From positions 1,536,001 to 1,600,000 of the forward strand of contig OZ242358.1 in assembly GCA_965208835.1 (NCBI GenBank): a stretch of DNA of 64,000 bases, given 5' to 3'. Both the position numbers and the translations under genes were made by a program. The notes below the pieces were generated by a model. That model saw only the letters and a list, made by a program, of their open reading frames with translations. It was not told the origin of the DNA and searched no databases. This document shows, piece after piece, positions 12,067 through 22,756 of this stretch. This DNA comes from Candidatus Latescibacterota bacterium. Lineage in GTDB: Bacteria; Latescibacterota; UBA2968; GCA-2709665. Each line of letters opens with the position of its first letter. Within the stretch, counting starts at the first letter, position 1.

Positions 12067-12208
12067 TGAATGACTGATAATTTAAAGTGGGCCAGTGGTT
12101 TCCGGCGTCCGTGTTTCAAACTGCCGCCGGCTGTTTTCGCCTTGTGGGGCGGGGAGATGCCGGGTTGTTTCGGGAGGAGCCACAATTCCAGTGGAGGGGA
12201 GGGTCAGG

Positions 12209-12400
12209 ATGGAGGATCAATTCACACGGTGTTTGAAGTGTGATAAAGGCGTCTTGCTTCCTTTATCAGACTACGGGCGTGACGGTGCGCCTATTCACTA
12301 TAAGGCCTGGGTTTGCAGCAACCCCGACTGCGGGTTCAATCTGCGGATCGATAACGGCGAAATCAGCATGGGAAGGAATATCGCCGAATCGTACAAGTAG
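12209..12400 (+). CDS. Small CxxC/CxxxxC zinc-ribbon-like hypothetical protein (63 aa)
   Basis: CLKC...CSNPDC; GGAGG RBS; own promoter at 12038. Confidence 0.7.
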   Translation: MEDQFTRCLKCDKGVLLPLSDYGRDGAPIHYKAWVCSNPDCGFNLRIDNGEISMGRNIAESYK

Positions 12401-12409
12401 TCTTATGGA

Positions 12410-12569
12410 CAGTCCGTTGGAAAAGTCGCTCTGCAGGCGAGGCCGAGCCATTGTGGCCGAAGACAAGGCGCGCGACCGAGTCCCATCCTGCGATTCGGCG
12501 AGGGCGCGCAACGCGGTATTTCGGCCTCAAGGGCCGGCCGTAGACCGGATGGTCTTTTTCAACGGGCTG
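12410..12569. mobile_element. MITE-like element with terminal inverted repeats
   Basis: CAGTCCGTTGGAAAAG ... CTTTTTCAACGGGCTG (14/16 complementary), non-coding interior. Confidence 0.55.
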
Positions 12570-12884
12570 ATAAGGCCAACCCGTTTCAAGTTCGGAAAAC
12601 ACAGCCCGTCGCGGATGACGATCCGGACGGATGGCGTTGAGACACTGACTCAAAATGGCAACAGCTGTGCACTCCGCCCGGTATCGATGTCGCCGGTTTC
12701 CGCGACCGGGTCCGGATTATTCGCGGTGCCATCTGTCGATATCGTCGGCTGCCGTCTCATCTTTTGAAGGTTTTTTTCAACCGGTTTTCCATTTCTTTCC
12801 TGCCTCGCCCTGGGCCATCCCCTGACCAACGGGGGTGGCACTTTATTTCCGGCGTCCGCCCACCTCCGAGTCTATAGCGTCCAT

Positions 12885-13937
12885 ATGGCTTTTCATTCCA
12901 GGGACTCCGTTCAGCCCGTATGGGATCGCCCTGTACTGGGCATCGAAACCTCGTGCGACGAAACAGCTGCCGCCGTTGTGGCCGGCAGCCGTATTCTGTC
13001 AAACGTGATATTTTCCCAGACAGAGCACAGTCTCTACGGCGGCGTGGTCCCCGAACTGGCGTCGCGGAACCATGTGCGCAAGATCGTGCCGGTCGTACGT
13101 GAGGCGCTGTCTCGGGCCGGAATCGGGCTGGATGAACTCGGAGGAATCGCGGTCACCCGCGGGCCGGGCCTCGTCGGGTGCCTACTGGTGGGTATTTCGA
13201 CCGCAAAAGGGCTGGCGTTCGGCAGCGGCCGTCCGCTGATCGGCGTGCATCACATCGAGGGGCATCTCTTCGCCGGACTGCTTGGCGATACCGACCTTTG
13301 CCCGCCCTTTCTTGCCCTGGTGATTTCCGGTGGCCATACCCAGTTGATCCACGTGCGACGCTGGGGTCTGTACGAGATCTGCGGCGAAACAAGGGACGAC
13401 GCGGCGGGGGAAGCCTTCGACAAGGTTGCGAAGATGCTGGGGTTGCTGAAATCCGGCGAAACGACCATGGGGGGGCCGGTCATTTCGCGGCTGGCGGAAG
13501 AGGGCGACGCCGACGCTTTTGCGTTTCCGCGGGGGCTCCGTCGGCAGGACGGGTTCGAGTTCAGCTTCAGCGGGATCAAGACATCGGTCCTGTATCACCT
13601 CAAGAGCATTTCCGAAGCCGACGTCGCAGAGCAACAGGCGGATATCGCCGCCAGTTTCCAGGCGGCGGTTGTCGACGTGCTTGTGGAAAAGACAATTCGA
13701 GCGGCAGGCACGCTGAATCTGGGTCGGATTCTGTTGACGGGCGGCGTGGCGGCGAATCGGCGGCTGCGGGAAGAGATGCAGCGCGCCGCCATGGAATACG
13801 GCGTGGAGGTCTGCTTTCCGCCGCCGGTTCTTTGTACCGACAATGCGGCGATGATCGCGTGCGCCGGGGGTTTCCGGCTTGGCAGGGGCGAGCGAACGGG
13901 GCGGGATCTGGATGCCGATCCAAGGATGAAACTATAG
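12885..13937 (+). CDS. tsaD: tRNA N6-adenosine threonylcarbamoyltransferase
   Basis: LGIETSCDET, GGVVPELASR, HHIEGH, SGGHT, DDAAGEAFDK, TDNAAMI. Confidence 0.96.
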   Translation: MAFHSRDSVQPVWDRPVLGIETSCDETAAAVVAGSRILSNVIFSQTEHSLYGGVVPELASRNHVRKIVPVVREALSRAGIGLDELGGIAVTRGPGLVGCLLVGISTAKGLAFGSGRPLIGVHHIEGHLFAGLLGDTDLCPPFLALVISGGHTQLIHVRRWGLYEICGETRDDAAGEAFDKVAKMLGLLKSGETTMGGPVISRLAEEGDADAFAFPRGLRRQDGFEFSFSGIKTSVLYHLKSISEADVAEQQADIAASFQAAVVDVLVEKTIRAAGTLNLGRILLTGGVAANRRLREEMQRAAMEYGVEVCFPPPVLCTDNAAMIACAGGFRLGRGERTGRDLDADPRMKL

Positions 13938-13940
13938 TCT

Positions 13941-16109
13941 ATGTTCCACCTGTCAGATCTGGATCTGAGTTTGCGCGACGGATTGTGGATCGGTCTGCTC
14001 GCGCCGGTCTGTGTCTACCTGGCGTGGCAAGTGTACCGTACGCGAAAACAGGGATTCCGGTTGGCACGTTGGTTGCTTGTATTCCGGAGCACCGCGTTCC
14101 TTCTATTGCTGGCGTTGTTGATGGAACCGGTCCTGGCGCTTACGTTGCGGCGCGAGCGGAAACCGCTGGTGGCCGTCCTGGTGGACGACAGCGAAAGTAT
14201 GCGCATCGAGGACGCCGGGCGGAGACGCGGCGATCTCGCGATTGAGCTTCTCAAAAGCGGCGTGTTCGAAACGCTGGAGTCACGAGCACGGGTCGCCCGG
14301 TATCGCTTTTCCGAGTGGCTGGCGCCCTTGCCGCCGGCGAGCCTGGACTCATTGCGCTTCGACGGGCGCGCGACGGACCTGGCCGCGGCTCTGGATCTGC
14401 TGAGGGAGGAGACGGCCGGCGAGGGAATGGTCGCCGCAGTGCTGATTTCCGACGGGGCGCACAACCTGGGCGCGAGGCCGCAACGGGCCGCGCTCGAGTT
14501 GGGCGCGCCCGTGTTTTCGGTTGGCGTAGGGAGCGCGGATGCGCCTAAGGATGCGGCAATCGTATCGGCCGTATGCGATCCGATGGTCTACGTCGGGCGC
14601 ACGTTGTCAATTTCGGTAGGACTGAAGTCCAGCGGATGTGAAGGTGCAAATTCGCTTTTGGTTGTGGAAGAGGAGGGGCGCCGGGTGGCGGAGGCGCCGG
14701 TCACCCTGGCGGACGGCGAGCAGGAGGTCCAGTTTTCTGTAGCGCCGGAACGGGCGGGCCGGCGTGTCTATCGGATTCATCTCGCGTCCCTGCCGAGGGA
14801 ACGCGCTACCGCGAACAATACCGCCGTCGTCTCGGCGGAGGTTATCGAAAACCGGCTGCGCGTCCGGATCGTGGCGGGTTCCCCGAGTGCGGATCTTGCC
14901 TATCTGCGCAGGGTGCTGGAAACCAACGACAATCTTCAGGTGGAATTGCTCGTCGCCGACAGAACGGGTGCATGGCCTTTTCGAATACAGGCGGTACTGG
15001 CCGACCCGGACTTCTCGGGGCTCCTCGTTCTGTTCGATCTGCCCGGCGAGATCATCTCGGGGCAAACCGGACGGCGGCTGGCCGAATACGTGGAATCCGG
15101 CGGTGCGATGCTCGTGGTCGGTGGGCGGGCGGGATTCAACGGGACCTACGCCAGGTCGCCGATTGCGCGCGTTCTGCCGGTCGTGTGTGCTCAGGACGCC
15201 GATACGTATCGGGAGGCGCCGTTTCAGCTTGAATTGTCGCGGTCAGGAACCGTGCATCCCGTTCTTCGGATCTCGGACGACCCACTGGCGGACCGGCAGG
15301 CCTGGAGCGATCTGCCGCCGCTTCTGGCCTGTAATGTAAACCATGGGATTCAAGGCGATGCCGAAACCGTCATCTATCATCCGATCGAGCGGGCGGGCGG
15401 GGAGAAGATGCCGCTGGTTGCTGTGCGCCGCGCAGGGCGGGGCAAAGTGATGGCCGTGGCGGTGAGGACGTTCTGGCGGCTCGGTCTCATGATGTGGGGC
15501 GTCGGCAAGAACGACGAGGTTTCGAAGGCCTTCTGGGCGAATTCGGTGCAGTGGCTGGTCAAACGGGAGGATGTCGACCGTGTTCAGGTGGAGGTGGACA
15601 AGCCGGTCTATCGCAGCGGTGCCCCGGTGACGTTCCGCGCCCGTGTCTTCAACGAGTTGCTTCAGCCGCAAGCGGGCGCCCGAGTGGTGCTCTCGGTGGT
15701 TGACGAGGGCCGCGTGCGGCAGACGATTCTGGACGATGAAGGCCAGGGGCGTTACCGTGGGCAACTGAAAGCGGGCGCCCAGGGAGAGTACGCGTTTGAA
15801 GTTCAGGCACGGTCAGGCGGCGTGGAATTGGGCAGAGCCAAAGGGCGATACACCGTGGGCCGTTACAGTCTGGAGTTCGAAGACACGCGGCTGAACAGAG
15901 ACCTTCTCGAAAGCGTCGCCGCACAGAGCGGAGGCGTGTTTGCGTCGCCCGATCGCTTGAGTGCGGTGTTGAACGACCTTGACCTTGCGCCGCAGGCGGT
16001 GGCGGAGTCGTACCGGGCACGGTTGTGGGGAAAACCGTGGCCGCTTTTCGTTCTCATCCTGCTCCTGGGAGTGGAATGGACAGCCAGGCGCAGGCGAGGA
16101 ATGATATGA
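13941..16109 (+). CDS. Membrane-anchored VWA-domain protein with glutamine-amidotransferase-like domain
   Basis: N-terminal TMs, VLVDDSESM (MIDAS), VLISDG, GGAMLVVGG, C-terminal EWTARRRRG TM. Confidence 0.75.
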   Translation: MFHLSDLDLSLRDGLWIGLLAPVCVYLAWQVYRTRKQGFRLARWLLVFRSTAFLLLLALLMEPVLALTLRRERKPLVAVLVDDSESMRIEDAGRRRGDLAIELLKSGVFETLESRARVARYRFSEWLAPLPPASLDSLRFDGRATDLAAALDLLREETAGEGMVAAVLISDGAHNLGARPQRAALELGAPVFSVGVGSADAPKDAAIVSAVCDPMVYVGRTLSISVGLKSSGCEGANSLLVVEEEGRRVAEAPVTLADGEQEVQFSVAPERAGRRVYRIHLASLPRERATANNTAVVSAEVIENRLRVRIVAGSPSADLAYLRRVLETNDNLQVELLVADRTGAWPFRIQAVLADPDFSGLLVLFDLPGEIISGQTGRRLAEYVESGGAMLVVGGRAGFNGTYARSPIARVLPVVCAQDADTYREAPFQLELSRSGTVHPVLRISDDPLADRQAWSDLPPLLACNVNHGIQGDAETVIYHPIERAGGEKMPLVAVRRAGRGKVMAVAVRTFWRLGLMMWGVGKNDEVSKAFWANSVQWLVKREDVDRVQVEVDKPVYRSGAPVTFRARVFNELLQPQAGARVVLSVVDEGRVRQTILDDEGQGRYRGQLKAGAQGEYAFEVQARSGGVELGRAKGRYTVGRYSLEFEDTRLNRDLLESVAAQSGGVFASPDRLSAVLNDLDLAPQAVAESYRARLWGKPWPLFVLILLLGVEWTARRRRGMI

Positions 16110-17800
16110 ACGGGCTTTCGACCGGTCGGTGTGTCGGAGTTCCCGGAACCGGTATCAGGTGGGTTGCCGGAAGCATTGCCGTGCTTCTGAGTGTCATGAT
16201 TTCATGCGCCAGGGCGGAAGGCCGCGTGGTGATCAGCGAGGTGATGTTCGATCCATCCGGTAGCGAGTTTTACGACGAGTTTATTGAGATACAGAATACG
16301 GGGAGCGAGCCCGTGGACCTGGCCGGATGGATGGCCGGGGACGGCGACGAGGCGGACGGCCTGGTCTTCGAAGGCGGGTCCGTGCTGCAGCCAGGGGCGT
16401 TCGGGTTGATTCTGGACTCCGGGTATTTTGCGCACTCGACCCGGTACGATCCTCTGCCCCCGTCAGCATTGATCCTGACGGTGGCTGACGCCACGATCGG
16501 AAACTCGGGATTGAGCAACTCCACCCCGGAGCGGATCGTACTGGTTTCGTCGGCCGGCGACACCGTGGGCGTGATGGTGTACACGACGGGAAACAAGCCG
16601 GGGTTTTCAGAGGAGAAAGTGGACCCCGACGGCGGCGACGAACCGGAGAACTGGATGGATTCACGGTGGGAGGGAGGGACACCGGGACGCGTCAACAGCG
16701 TCAGTCCCAAACACTACGACCTGGCGCTGGAAAGGGTCTCGGAATCGCCGTTTCCGGTTCCTGCGGGCGCCGCACGGGATTTTGTGCTGCAGGTGATAAA
16801 CCGGGGGCGCCGGGCGGCTTCGGCGTTTTCCGTAACGATGCAGGGAATTGCCGCGTGGCGTAGGGATTTCCCGGGCCTGGAGCCTGCCGGGCTTCTCCGG
16901 GTCGAGACGCCAGTCGGTACTGTACCTCCGGGACGACACGAATACGTGGCCGGGATCGTGTTCGATGCCGATGAGGATAGTTCGAACAATCAGGTGACCT
17001 GGACTGTGCTCGGCGGCGTCGGACCCCGTGCGGTGATCGTCAACGAAGTGATGTATGCTCCGTTGGAGGGTGACCCGGGGTGGGTGGAGCTCCACAACCG
17101 ATCCGGGCAGGCGCTGGACGTGACCGCGTGGCGAATTGAGGACGCGAAGTCTCCGGGAGACCCGTTTGATAGCGGACACATTCGAATGCAGCCCGATGCG
17201 TACATGGTCGTGGCCGAGGACGAGGACCGGTTCTACAGCCGGTTTCCCGACCGGACGGTTCATGTTGTTGCGCCCGGGAGATGGGCTCGTCTGAACGACA
17301 GCGGCGACGTCGTCGTCGTACGCGATGCAACCGGCGCCGTTGTGGACAGCATGGTGTACGATCCCGCGGCTTCTACAGGGCGGTCTCTCGAACGAATCTC
17401 AGGCTCAGGACCGAGTGTCGATTTGCTGAACTGGCTGGCGAGTACCCACGAGGACGGGGCGACGCCGGGGCGTGTGAACAGCGTGGCGCTGCAAGGTGGC
17501 ATCGATACTGTCAGCCTCCTGGCCGAGCCGAATCCTTTTTACGATCGGGTGGAAATACGCTATCTGCTTCCAACGCCGCGCGCCGACGTGAATCTGTGGG
17601 TGTACGACAGGTCCGGCCATCAGGTAAAGACGCTCCTCAATGCGGCTTCCGGCGGCAGCCGGCGGCGTGTGACCTGGGACGGGTCGGGTGAAAACGGCAC
17701 GCAGTTGAAGCCCGGCATTTATATCTTATTTTTGGAGACTTCGTACAAAGGCCGTATCTTTAGAACCAAAGCCCCTGTCGTACTGGCGAGAGGCTTGTAA
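16106..17800 (+). CDS. Secreted lamin-tail-domain protein with C-terminal FlgD Ig-like domain
   Basis: Two VVISEVM/VIVNEVM..E(F/W)(I/V)E..N...GTPG..NS repeats; PNPF..WDG..PGIYI C-terminus; ATGA overlap with the upstream gene. Confidence 0.8.
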   Translation: MNGLSTGRCVGVPGTGIRWVAGSIAVLLSVMISCARAEGRVVISEVMFDPSGSEFYDEFIEIQNTGSEPVDLAGWMAGDGDEADGLVFEGGSVLQPGAFGLILDSGYFAHSTRYDPLPPSALILTVADATIGNSGLSNSTPERIVLVSSAGDTVGVMVYTTGNKPGFSEEKVDPDGGDEPENWMDSRWEGGTPGRVNSVSPKHYDLALERVSESPFPVPAGAARDFVLQVINRGRRAASAFSVTMQGIAAWRRDFPGLEPAGLLRVETPVGTVPPGRHEYVAGIVFDADEDSSNNQVTWTVLGGVGPRAVIVNEVMYAPLEGDPGWVELHNRSGQALDVTAWRIEDAKSPGDPFDSGHIRMQPDAYMVVAEDEDRFYSRFPDRTVHVVAPGRWARLNDSGDVVVVRDATGAVVDSMVYDPAASTGRSLERISGSGPSVDLLNWLASTHEDGATPGRVNSVALQGGIDTVSLLAEPNPFYDRVEIRYLLPTPRADVNLWVYDRSGHQVKTLLNAASGGSRRRVTWDGSGENGTQLKPGIYILFLETSYKGRIFRTKAPVVLARGL

Positions 17801-17893
17801 CCTGCGGTGCCGGCGAATCCCCTGCGCCGGAGTATCAGATTAAATACGCGTGTACTCTCCCCTTGTATGCATCAAGACAAGGGCGGCACCTAT

Positions 17894-20248
17894 ATGAGAA
17901 TGGAACCGAACGCAGTAATTCAGGAACCGGAAGACAGACCGGATCTGATGAATCAGGTCTGCGGTGTATTGCTGTTCGCGGTTGCGCTGTTAATGGCGGT
18001 AAGCCTGGTTTCGCATTCGCCGCAGGATCCACCGAATTCGGGTCGCGCGCCGGAACTGACGGAAAACTGGGCAGGGTGGATCGGCAGCCAGATCTCCTAC
18101 TATCTCCTGTTCGCGGTCGGCCACGGCGCTTACGTACTTACGGCCATCGTGCTGATGTGGGGCTGGAATCGCTTCAGAGAACAACCGGCCCTGCCTCTGG
18201 TCTCCCGAAGCCTGGCATTGCTGGCCCTGGTGGTGGTTTATTGCGCCGCGGCGTGTGTGCCTTCACGAGGAGAGACCCATCTGTCATTTCTGATGGGCGG
18301 GTGGCTGGGCGTTACCCTTGCAGGCAGTGTCCTGGTCCCGTATCTGGGCTTTGTCGGGTCGTACATACTTTTGTGCGCACTGTTTGTGATTTTCTTCATG
18401 GTCCTTACACACCTGCCTTTTTCCCGAATTCCGGAACTGTGGAGGGCGGGGGCAAAGCGAAATCCGACACACATCTCCGGCGGGTCCACTCCCGGACTGC
18501 TTGAACAGCCGCAGACCGCGGAGACGCCTGTTCCGGCGCCTGCGGAACCCGACCAGCCGGAAGAAGAGAAGGAATCCGGGAACCATGACGAATCCGTCCT
18601 GGCCGTTGAACCGGGCGACGCCATTCCCGAGTCCTTTCCACTGTACGAAGACGACGTGGATGAGCCTGAAGAGCAACCGGCGGTTTCGCTCGACCCCGAC
18701 ATCGTATCGGATCCTGTGGAGATATCCAGGTCGACCGGACTGAAGCCGAAGGTGGAAGCGCCGGGAGGCGGGGACGTCCAATACCGGTTGCCGGACCTGG
18801 AACTGCTCAACGAGCCCACGCAACGGGAAGAGGGGCCGGACCGGTCGGTACTGCTGGAAGGAGCGCAGACCCTCGAGCATAGCCTCAGCAGTTTTGGCAT
18901 CGAAGGCAAGGTAGTACAGGTTAATCCGGGTCCTGTCATTACCGGATACGAGGTACAGCCGCCCCGCGGGGTCAAGGTGAACCGGATCGTCAATCTTTCG
19001 GACGACCTCGCTCTGGTGATGAAAGCGCGAAGCATCCGGATCCAGGCGCCGATTCCCGGCAAAGCCGCCGTCGGCATCGAAGTCCCTAACGCAAACCCCT
19101 CAACCGTCTTCCTGCGGGAGATACTCGAATCCGACGCCTTTCAGGACGCCGACGACAAGCTGATGCTGGCGCTGGGCAAGTCCGCCACCGGAGAATCCGT
19201 CTGCACCAACCTGGCGTCCATGCCGCACCTGTTGATCGCGGGCGCGACGGGCAGCGGGAAGTCGGTATGCGTCAACGGGCTCATAACCAGCATACTCATG
19301 CGGTGCAGCCCGGAAGAGGTGCGTTTCATCATGGTGGACCCGAAAATGCTGGAGCTGTCGATCTACAACAACATTCCGCACCTGCTGGCGCCGGTAGTCA
19401 CGGAACCCCAGAAGGCCTCCGAAGCCTTGAGGTGGGCCGTGGCGGAGATGGAAGACCGTTATCGAAATCTTGCGCAGTACAACGTCAGGAACATCACGGA
19501 CTTTAACGACAAACTGGAGAAGATGCGCGAGGAGGCGGCATCGGAGGACGACCGCCGTGAAATCCCCCACCTCCTGCCCTACATCGTGGTTGTGGTCGAC
19601 GAACTCGCCGACCTGATGATGACGGCGCCCGCGGATATCGAGGATTCGCTGGCGCGGCTGGCGCAGATGGCGCGCGCGGTAGGCATCCATCTGATCCTGG
19701 CGACGCAGCGGCCGTCGGTAAACGTTATTACTGGCACGATCAAGGCGAACTTTCCTTCCCGTATCGCGTTTCGAGTCGCGTCGAAAGTGGATTCACGTAC
19801 AATTCTGGATTGCAACGGCGCCGAGAAGCTTCTGGGCCGTGGCGATATGCTGTTCATGCCTGCGGGCAAGCCGGAACCCGTGCGCGTCCACGGCGCGAAC
19901 ATGACCACCGAGGAGACCGAGCGCCTGGTGGAATGGGTAAGCGGCCAGGGCGTGGAAATGGAGCAGCTGGACCTGGGCGTGGACGAAAACGAGCGGATGC
20001 TCGCCGAGGGGGCCCGCGACAAACGTTTCGACGAAGCGCTTCGACTGGTCGTTACTCACCAGCAGGGGTCGGCGTCGCTGCTTCAGCGCCGTATGAAAGT
20101 GGGATACGCACGGGCCGCGCGCCTTGTAGACGAACTGGAGCAGGCTGGAATCGTCGGCCCGTCGGACGGCAGCAGCAAGGGTCGGGAGGTGCTGGTTGGC
20201 ATCGAGTATCTCGACCGGTACGGAGAGGATGAGCCTGATGCATTGTGA
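17894..20248 (+). CDS. ftsK: DNA translocase FtsK
   Basis: 4-TM N-terminus, PHLLIAGATGSGKS, DELADLM, ATQRPS, gamma domain LQRRMKVGYARAAR. Confidence 0.96.
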   Translation: MRMEPNAVIQEPEDRPDLMNQVCGVLLFAVALLMAVSLVSHSPQDPPNSGRAPELTENWAGWIGSQISYYLLFAVGHGAYVLTAIVLMWGWNRFREQPALPLVSRSLALLALVVVYCAAACVPSRGETHLSFLMGGWLGVTLAGSVLVPYLGFVGSYILLCALFVIFFMVLTHLPFSRIPELWRAGAKRNPTHISGGSTPGLLEQPQTAETPVPAPAEPDQPEEEKESGNHDESVLAVEPGDAIPESFPLYEDDVDEPEEQPAVSLDPDIVSDPVEISRSTGLKPKVEAPGGGDVQYRLPDLELLNEPTQREEGPDRSVLLEGAQTLEHSLSSFGIEGKVVQVNPGPVITGYEVQPPRGVKVNRIVNLSDDLALVMKARSIRIQAPIPGKAAVGIEVPNANPSTVFLREILESDAFQDADDKLMLALGKSATGESVCTNLASMPHLLIAGATGSGKSVCVNGLITSILMRCSPEEVRFIMVDPKMLELSIYNNIPHLLAPVVTEPQKASEALRWAVAEMEDRYRNLAQYNVRNITDFNDKLEKMREEAASEDDRREIPHLLPYIVVVVDELADLMMTAPADIEDSLARLAQMARAVGIHLILATQRPSVNVITGTIKANFPSRIAFRVASKVDSRTILDCNGAEKLLGRGDMLFMPAGKPEPVRVHGANMTTEETERLVEWVSGQGVEMEQLDLGVDENERMLAEGARDKRFDEALRLVVTHQQGSASLLQRRMKVGYARAARLVDELEQAGIVGPSDGSSKGREVLVGIEYLDRYGEDEPDAL

Positions 20249-20317
20249 ACGCCAGACAGAAAACGGCGACCTGCGCAATTTGACGCCTGGGCTCCCATTG
20301 CCGGCAGTTTACACGAG

Positions 20318-20986
20318 GTGAAGCGCATGGCCGCCGTACGGCTCAAATTGCTGTTGTTCGCGGGCGCGCTCCTGATGCCGGCGGACGTGCCGGGCATCGA
20401 CGGGCGGGAGGTGATTCGCCGTCAGCAGCAGCGGTACGAAAGGCTCACGAGTATTTCCGCCCGGTTCACGAAATCCCACTATTGGAAACTCGTGGACCAG
20501 AAGACACAACTGAGCGGTAACCTTCACGTGGAAAAACCGAATCGGTTCCGTTTCGAGACGCGGGTGCAGACGGTGGTGTCGGATGGAGAACGCGCCTGGA
20601 ACTACACACCCGAGAACGAACAGGTTCTGCTGAGTAGCTACGACCGGGCGAAGGGCGACAGGAGCTACGAAAAACTGCTCTTCGACCTCATTCTTCTGGG
20701 AGGATACGAAGACCGCTACGACCCCAGGCTCGCCGGAGAAGAAAGAGTGGACGGCAAGCGATGTTACCGCGTGGAATTGACGGCCCGTGAGGAGGAGAGC
20801 TATATTGCCCGCGTCCGGTTGTGGGTGGACAGAAAGCTCTGGCTGGTCCGCCGTGCGGAATATCTGAATCTGAACGAAGATGTAACCACCTACGATATTT
20901 CCCGCTTGAAAGTGGACGCGAAACTGAAGCCGGAACTGTTCACGTTCGTGCCGCCGGACGGCGTCGAGGTAATTGACCTCAGGTGA
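20318..20986 (+). CDS. lolA: Outer-membrane lipoprotein carrier LolA-like protein
   Basis: KPNRFR, VVSDG..W.Y.P, FTFVPPDGVEVID; follows ftsK. Confidence 0.8.
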   Translation: MKRMAAVRLKLLLFAGALLMPADVPGIDGREVIRRQQQRYERLTSISARFTKSHYWKLVDQKTQLSGNLHVEKPNRFRFETRVQTVVSDGERAWNYTPENEQVLLSSYDRAKGDRSYEKLLFDLILLGGYEDRYDPRLAGEERVDGKRCYRVELTAREEESYIARVRLWVDRKLWLVRRAEYLNLNEDVTTYDISRLKVDAKLKPELFTFVPPDGVEVIDLR

Positions 20987-21169
20987 CTCCGGCGCCGGCA
21001 GGGACGAATGGGGCTTTGGTTGGCCGCCCAGGAACCGGCGGCGTCGAACGCATCGGGAAATTTGAAACAGTTGTCACGCCCCTTCGGGGCACCCATATTA
21101 CCGGGAGCAGTAAATAGATGACATCTATTGCGCCTGCTACAGTGGAAGGAACGTGCCCAAACGTGGACG

Positions 21170-21249
21170 CTGAGCTTGTCGAAGCGCCCGCGTTTCGGCA
21201 CCCTTTTTCCTTCGCCGACCCTTCGACAGGCTCAGGGAGCGGCTCAGGG
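21170..21249. repeat. REP-like inverted repeat (CTGAGCTTGTCGAAG / CTTCGACAGGCTCAG)
   Basis: Complementary 15-mers about 40 bp apart; related half-sites at 38274-38301. Confidence 0.65.
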
Positions 21250-21389
21250 TACCCGGTCAACAATGTTGTGAAAGAAAGGTAAACTGTCGGGTGTTCCCCG
21301 TAAATACAATGAGAATCGTCGCATTGCCAGGCTGACGTCCTGCATTGTATTCTTCGCCGCTTGCGGCAGTTGATTTCAGCTACCGAATC

Positions 21390-21490
21390 TTCGTAGTCTC
21401 GCTTTTTCGTAGTTTCGTCTCTTCGTAGTTTCGTTCTTTCGTAGTTTCGTCTATTCGTAGTTTCGTTTATTCGTCTTTTCGTTTCTTCGT
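21390..21490 (+). repeat. Octamer tandem repeat (TTCGTAGT/TTCGTnnn, about 12.5 units)
   Basis: Strict 8-bp period with 16-bp higher-order alternation; abuts the prfB RBS. Confidence 0.85.
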
Positions 21491-21506
21491 AAAGGAGTTG
21501 GCGTAT

Positions 21507-22623
21507 ATGGCAGTCGATATACAATTCACCGATCTGAAATCCGGATTGGCGGCGTGCCGCGACCGGCTGGACAATCTCCGGAGGTATCTTTGACCTGGGA
21601 TCCCGGGAGACCCGCATCGCCGAACTGCAGGGGTTGATGGAGCGTCCCGGTTTCTGGGACGACAGGGAGCGGGCCAGGCAGATCATCGATGAAGTGAACG
21701 GCCATAAGGACTGGGTAACCGGCTGGCGGGACCTGGACGAGCGCCTTCTGGAACTGGAGGAGTTGTACGAACTTGCCAGGGAAGAGCAGGACGACGAGAC
21801 CCTGCGGGATCTGCAGCGGGAACAGAGGGCGCTGGGCCGATCGCTTGAGGAGCTCGAATTCCGGCACATGATGGGCGATAAGGAAGATCGCCTCAATGCC
21901 ATTCTGACGATTCATCCCGGCGCGGGCGGTACGGAATCTGCCGACTGGGCGCAGATGATGATGAGGATGTACACCCGATGGGCCGAACGCCGCGGGTTCC
22001 AGGCGGACGTACTGGACCTGCTTCCAGGTGAGACGGCGGGCATCAAGAGCGTGGCGATTGAAATGAAGGGAGAGTACGCGTACGGTTACCTCAAGTCCGA
22101 AATGGGCGTGCATCGGCTGGTGCGGCTGTCTCCTTTCGATTCCGGCAGCAGGCGCCACACGTCGTTCGCTTCGGTTTCGGTGTACCCCGAAGCGGAGGGC
22201 GACATCGAGGTGGAGATCCAGCCGGAGGATATACGCGTGGATACCTACCGGTCGAGTGGTGCGGGCGGGCAGCACGTAAACAAGACCGACTCGGCCGTGC
22301 GGATTACGCACCATCCCACGGGCATCGTGGTTCAGTGTCAGAACGAACGATCACAGCACAAGAATCGAAACTCGGCGATGAAGATCCTCAAAGCCAGGCT
22401 GTACCAGCTATACAAGGAAGAGGAAGAGAAAGCCCGCGCGAAGATCGAAAAGGACAAGAAGAAGATCGAGTTCGGCAGCCAGGTCCGCAACTACGTGCTC
22501 CATCCCTATCAGCTCGTCAAAGACCTTCGGACCGAGTACGAGACTTCCGGTGTTCAGGACGTGATGGACGGGGACCTGGACGGATTCATGCGGGCCTTTC
22601 TGGAGCGGAAAGGGGAGGCGTAA
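21507..22623 (+). CDS. prfB: Peptide chain release factor 2 with programmed +1 frameshift
   Basis: MAVDIQ...LRRYL then GGAGG-TAT-CTT-TGA-C at about 21580-21594; +1 frame carries SPF and GGQ motifs. Confidence 0.96.
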
Positions 22624-22640
22624 CCGCGGGGGCAAAGGGC

Positions 22641-22669
22641 TTGACTTAACTTTTCGTATTGATTATACT
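22641..22669 (+). promoter_or_regulatory. Candidate sigma70 promoter of lysS
   Basis: TTGACT-N17-TATACT. Confidence 0.65.
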
Positions 22670-22756
22670 ATTTTTATTGTATAACCCGGCCGCTGCCGGC
22701 AAATGATCAACCGGTTATTTTTTAAAACAGCTTTATCTATTGCGGGAGGAATCCGT

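Noticed and set aside
21390-21490. Possible CRISPR array
   Set aside because: 8-bp tandem units without unique spacers; no cas genes in the window
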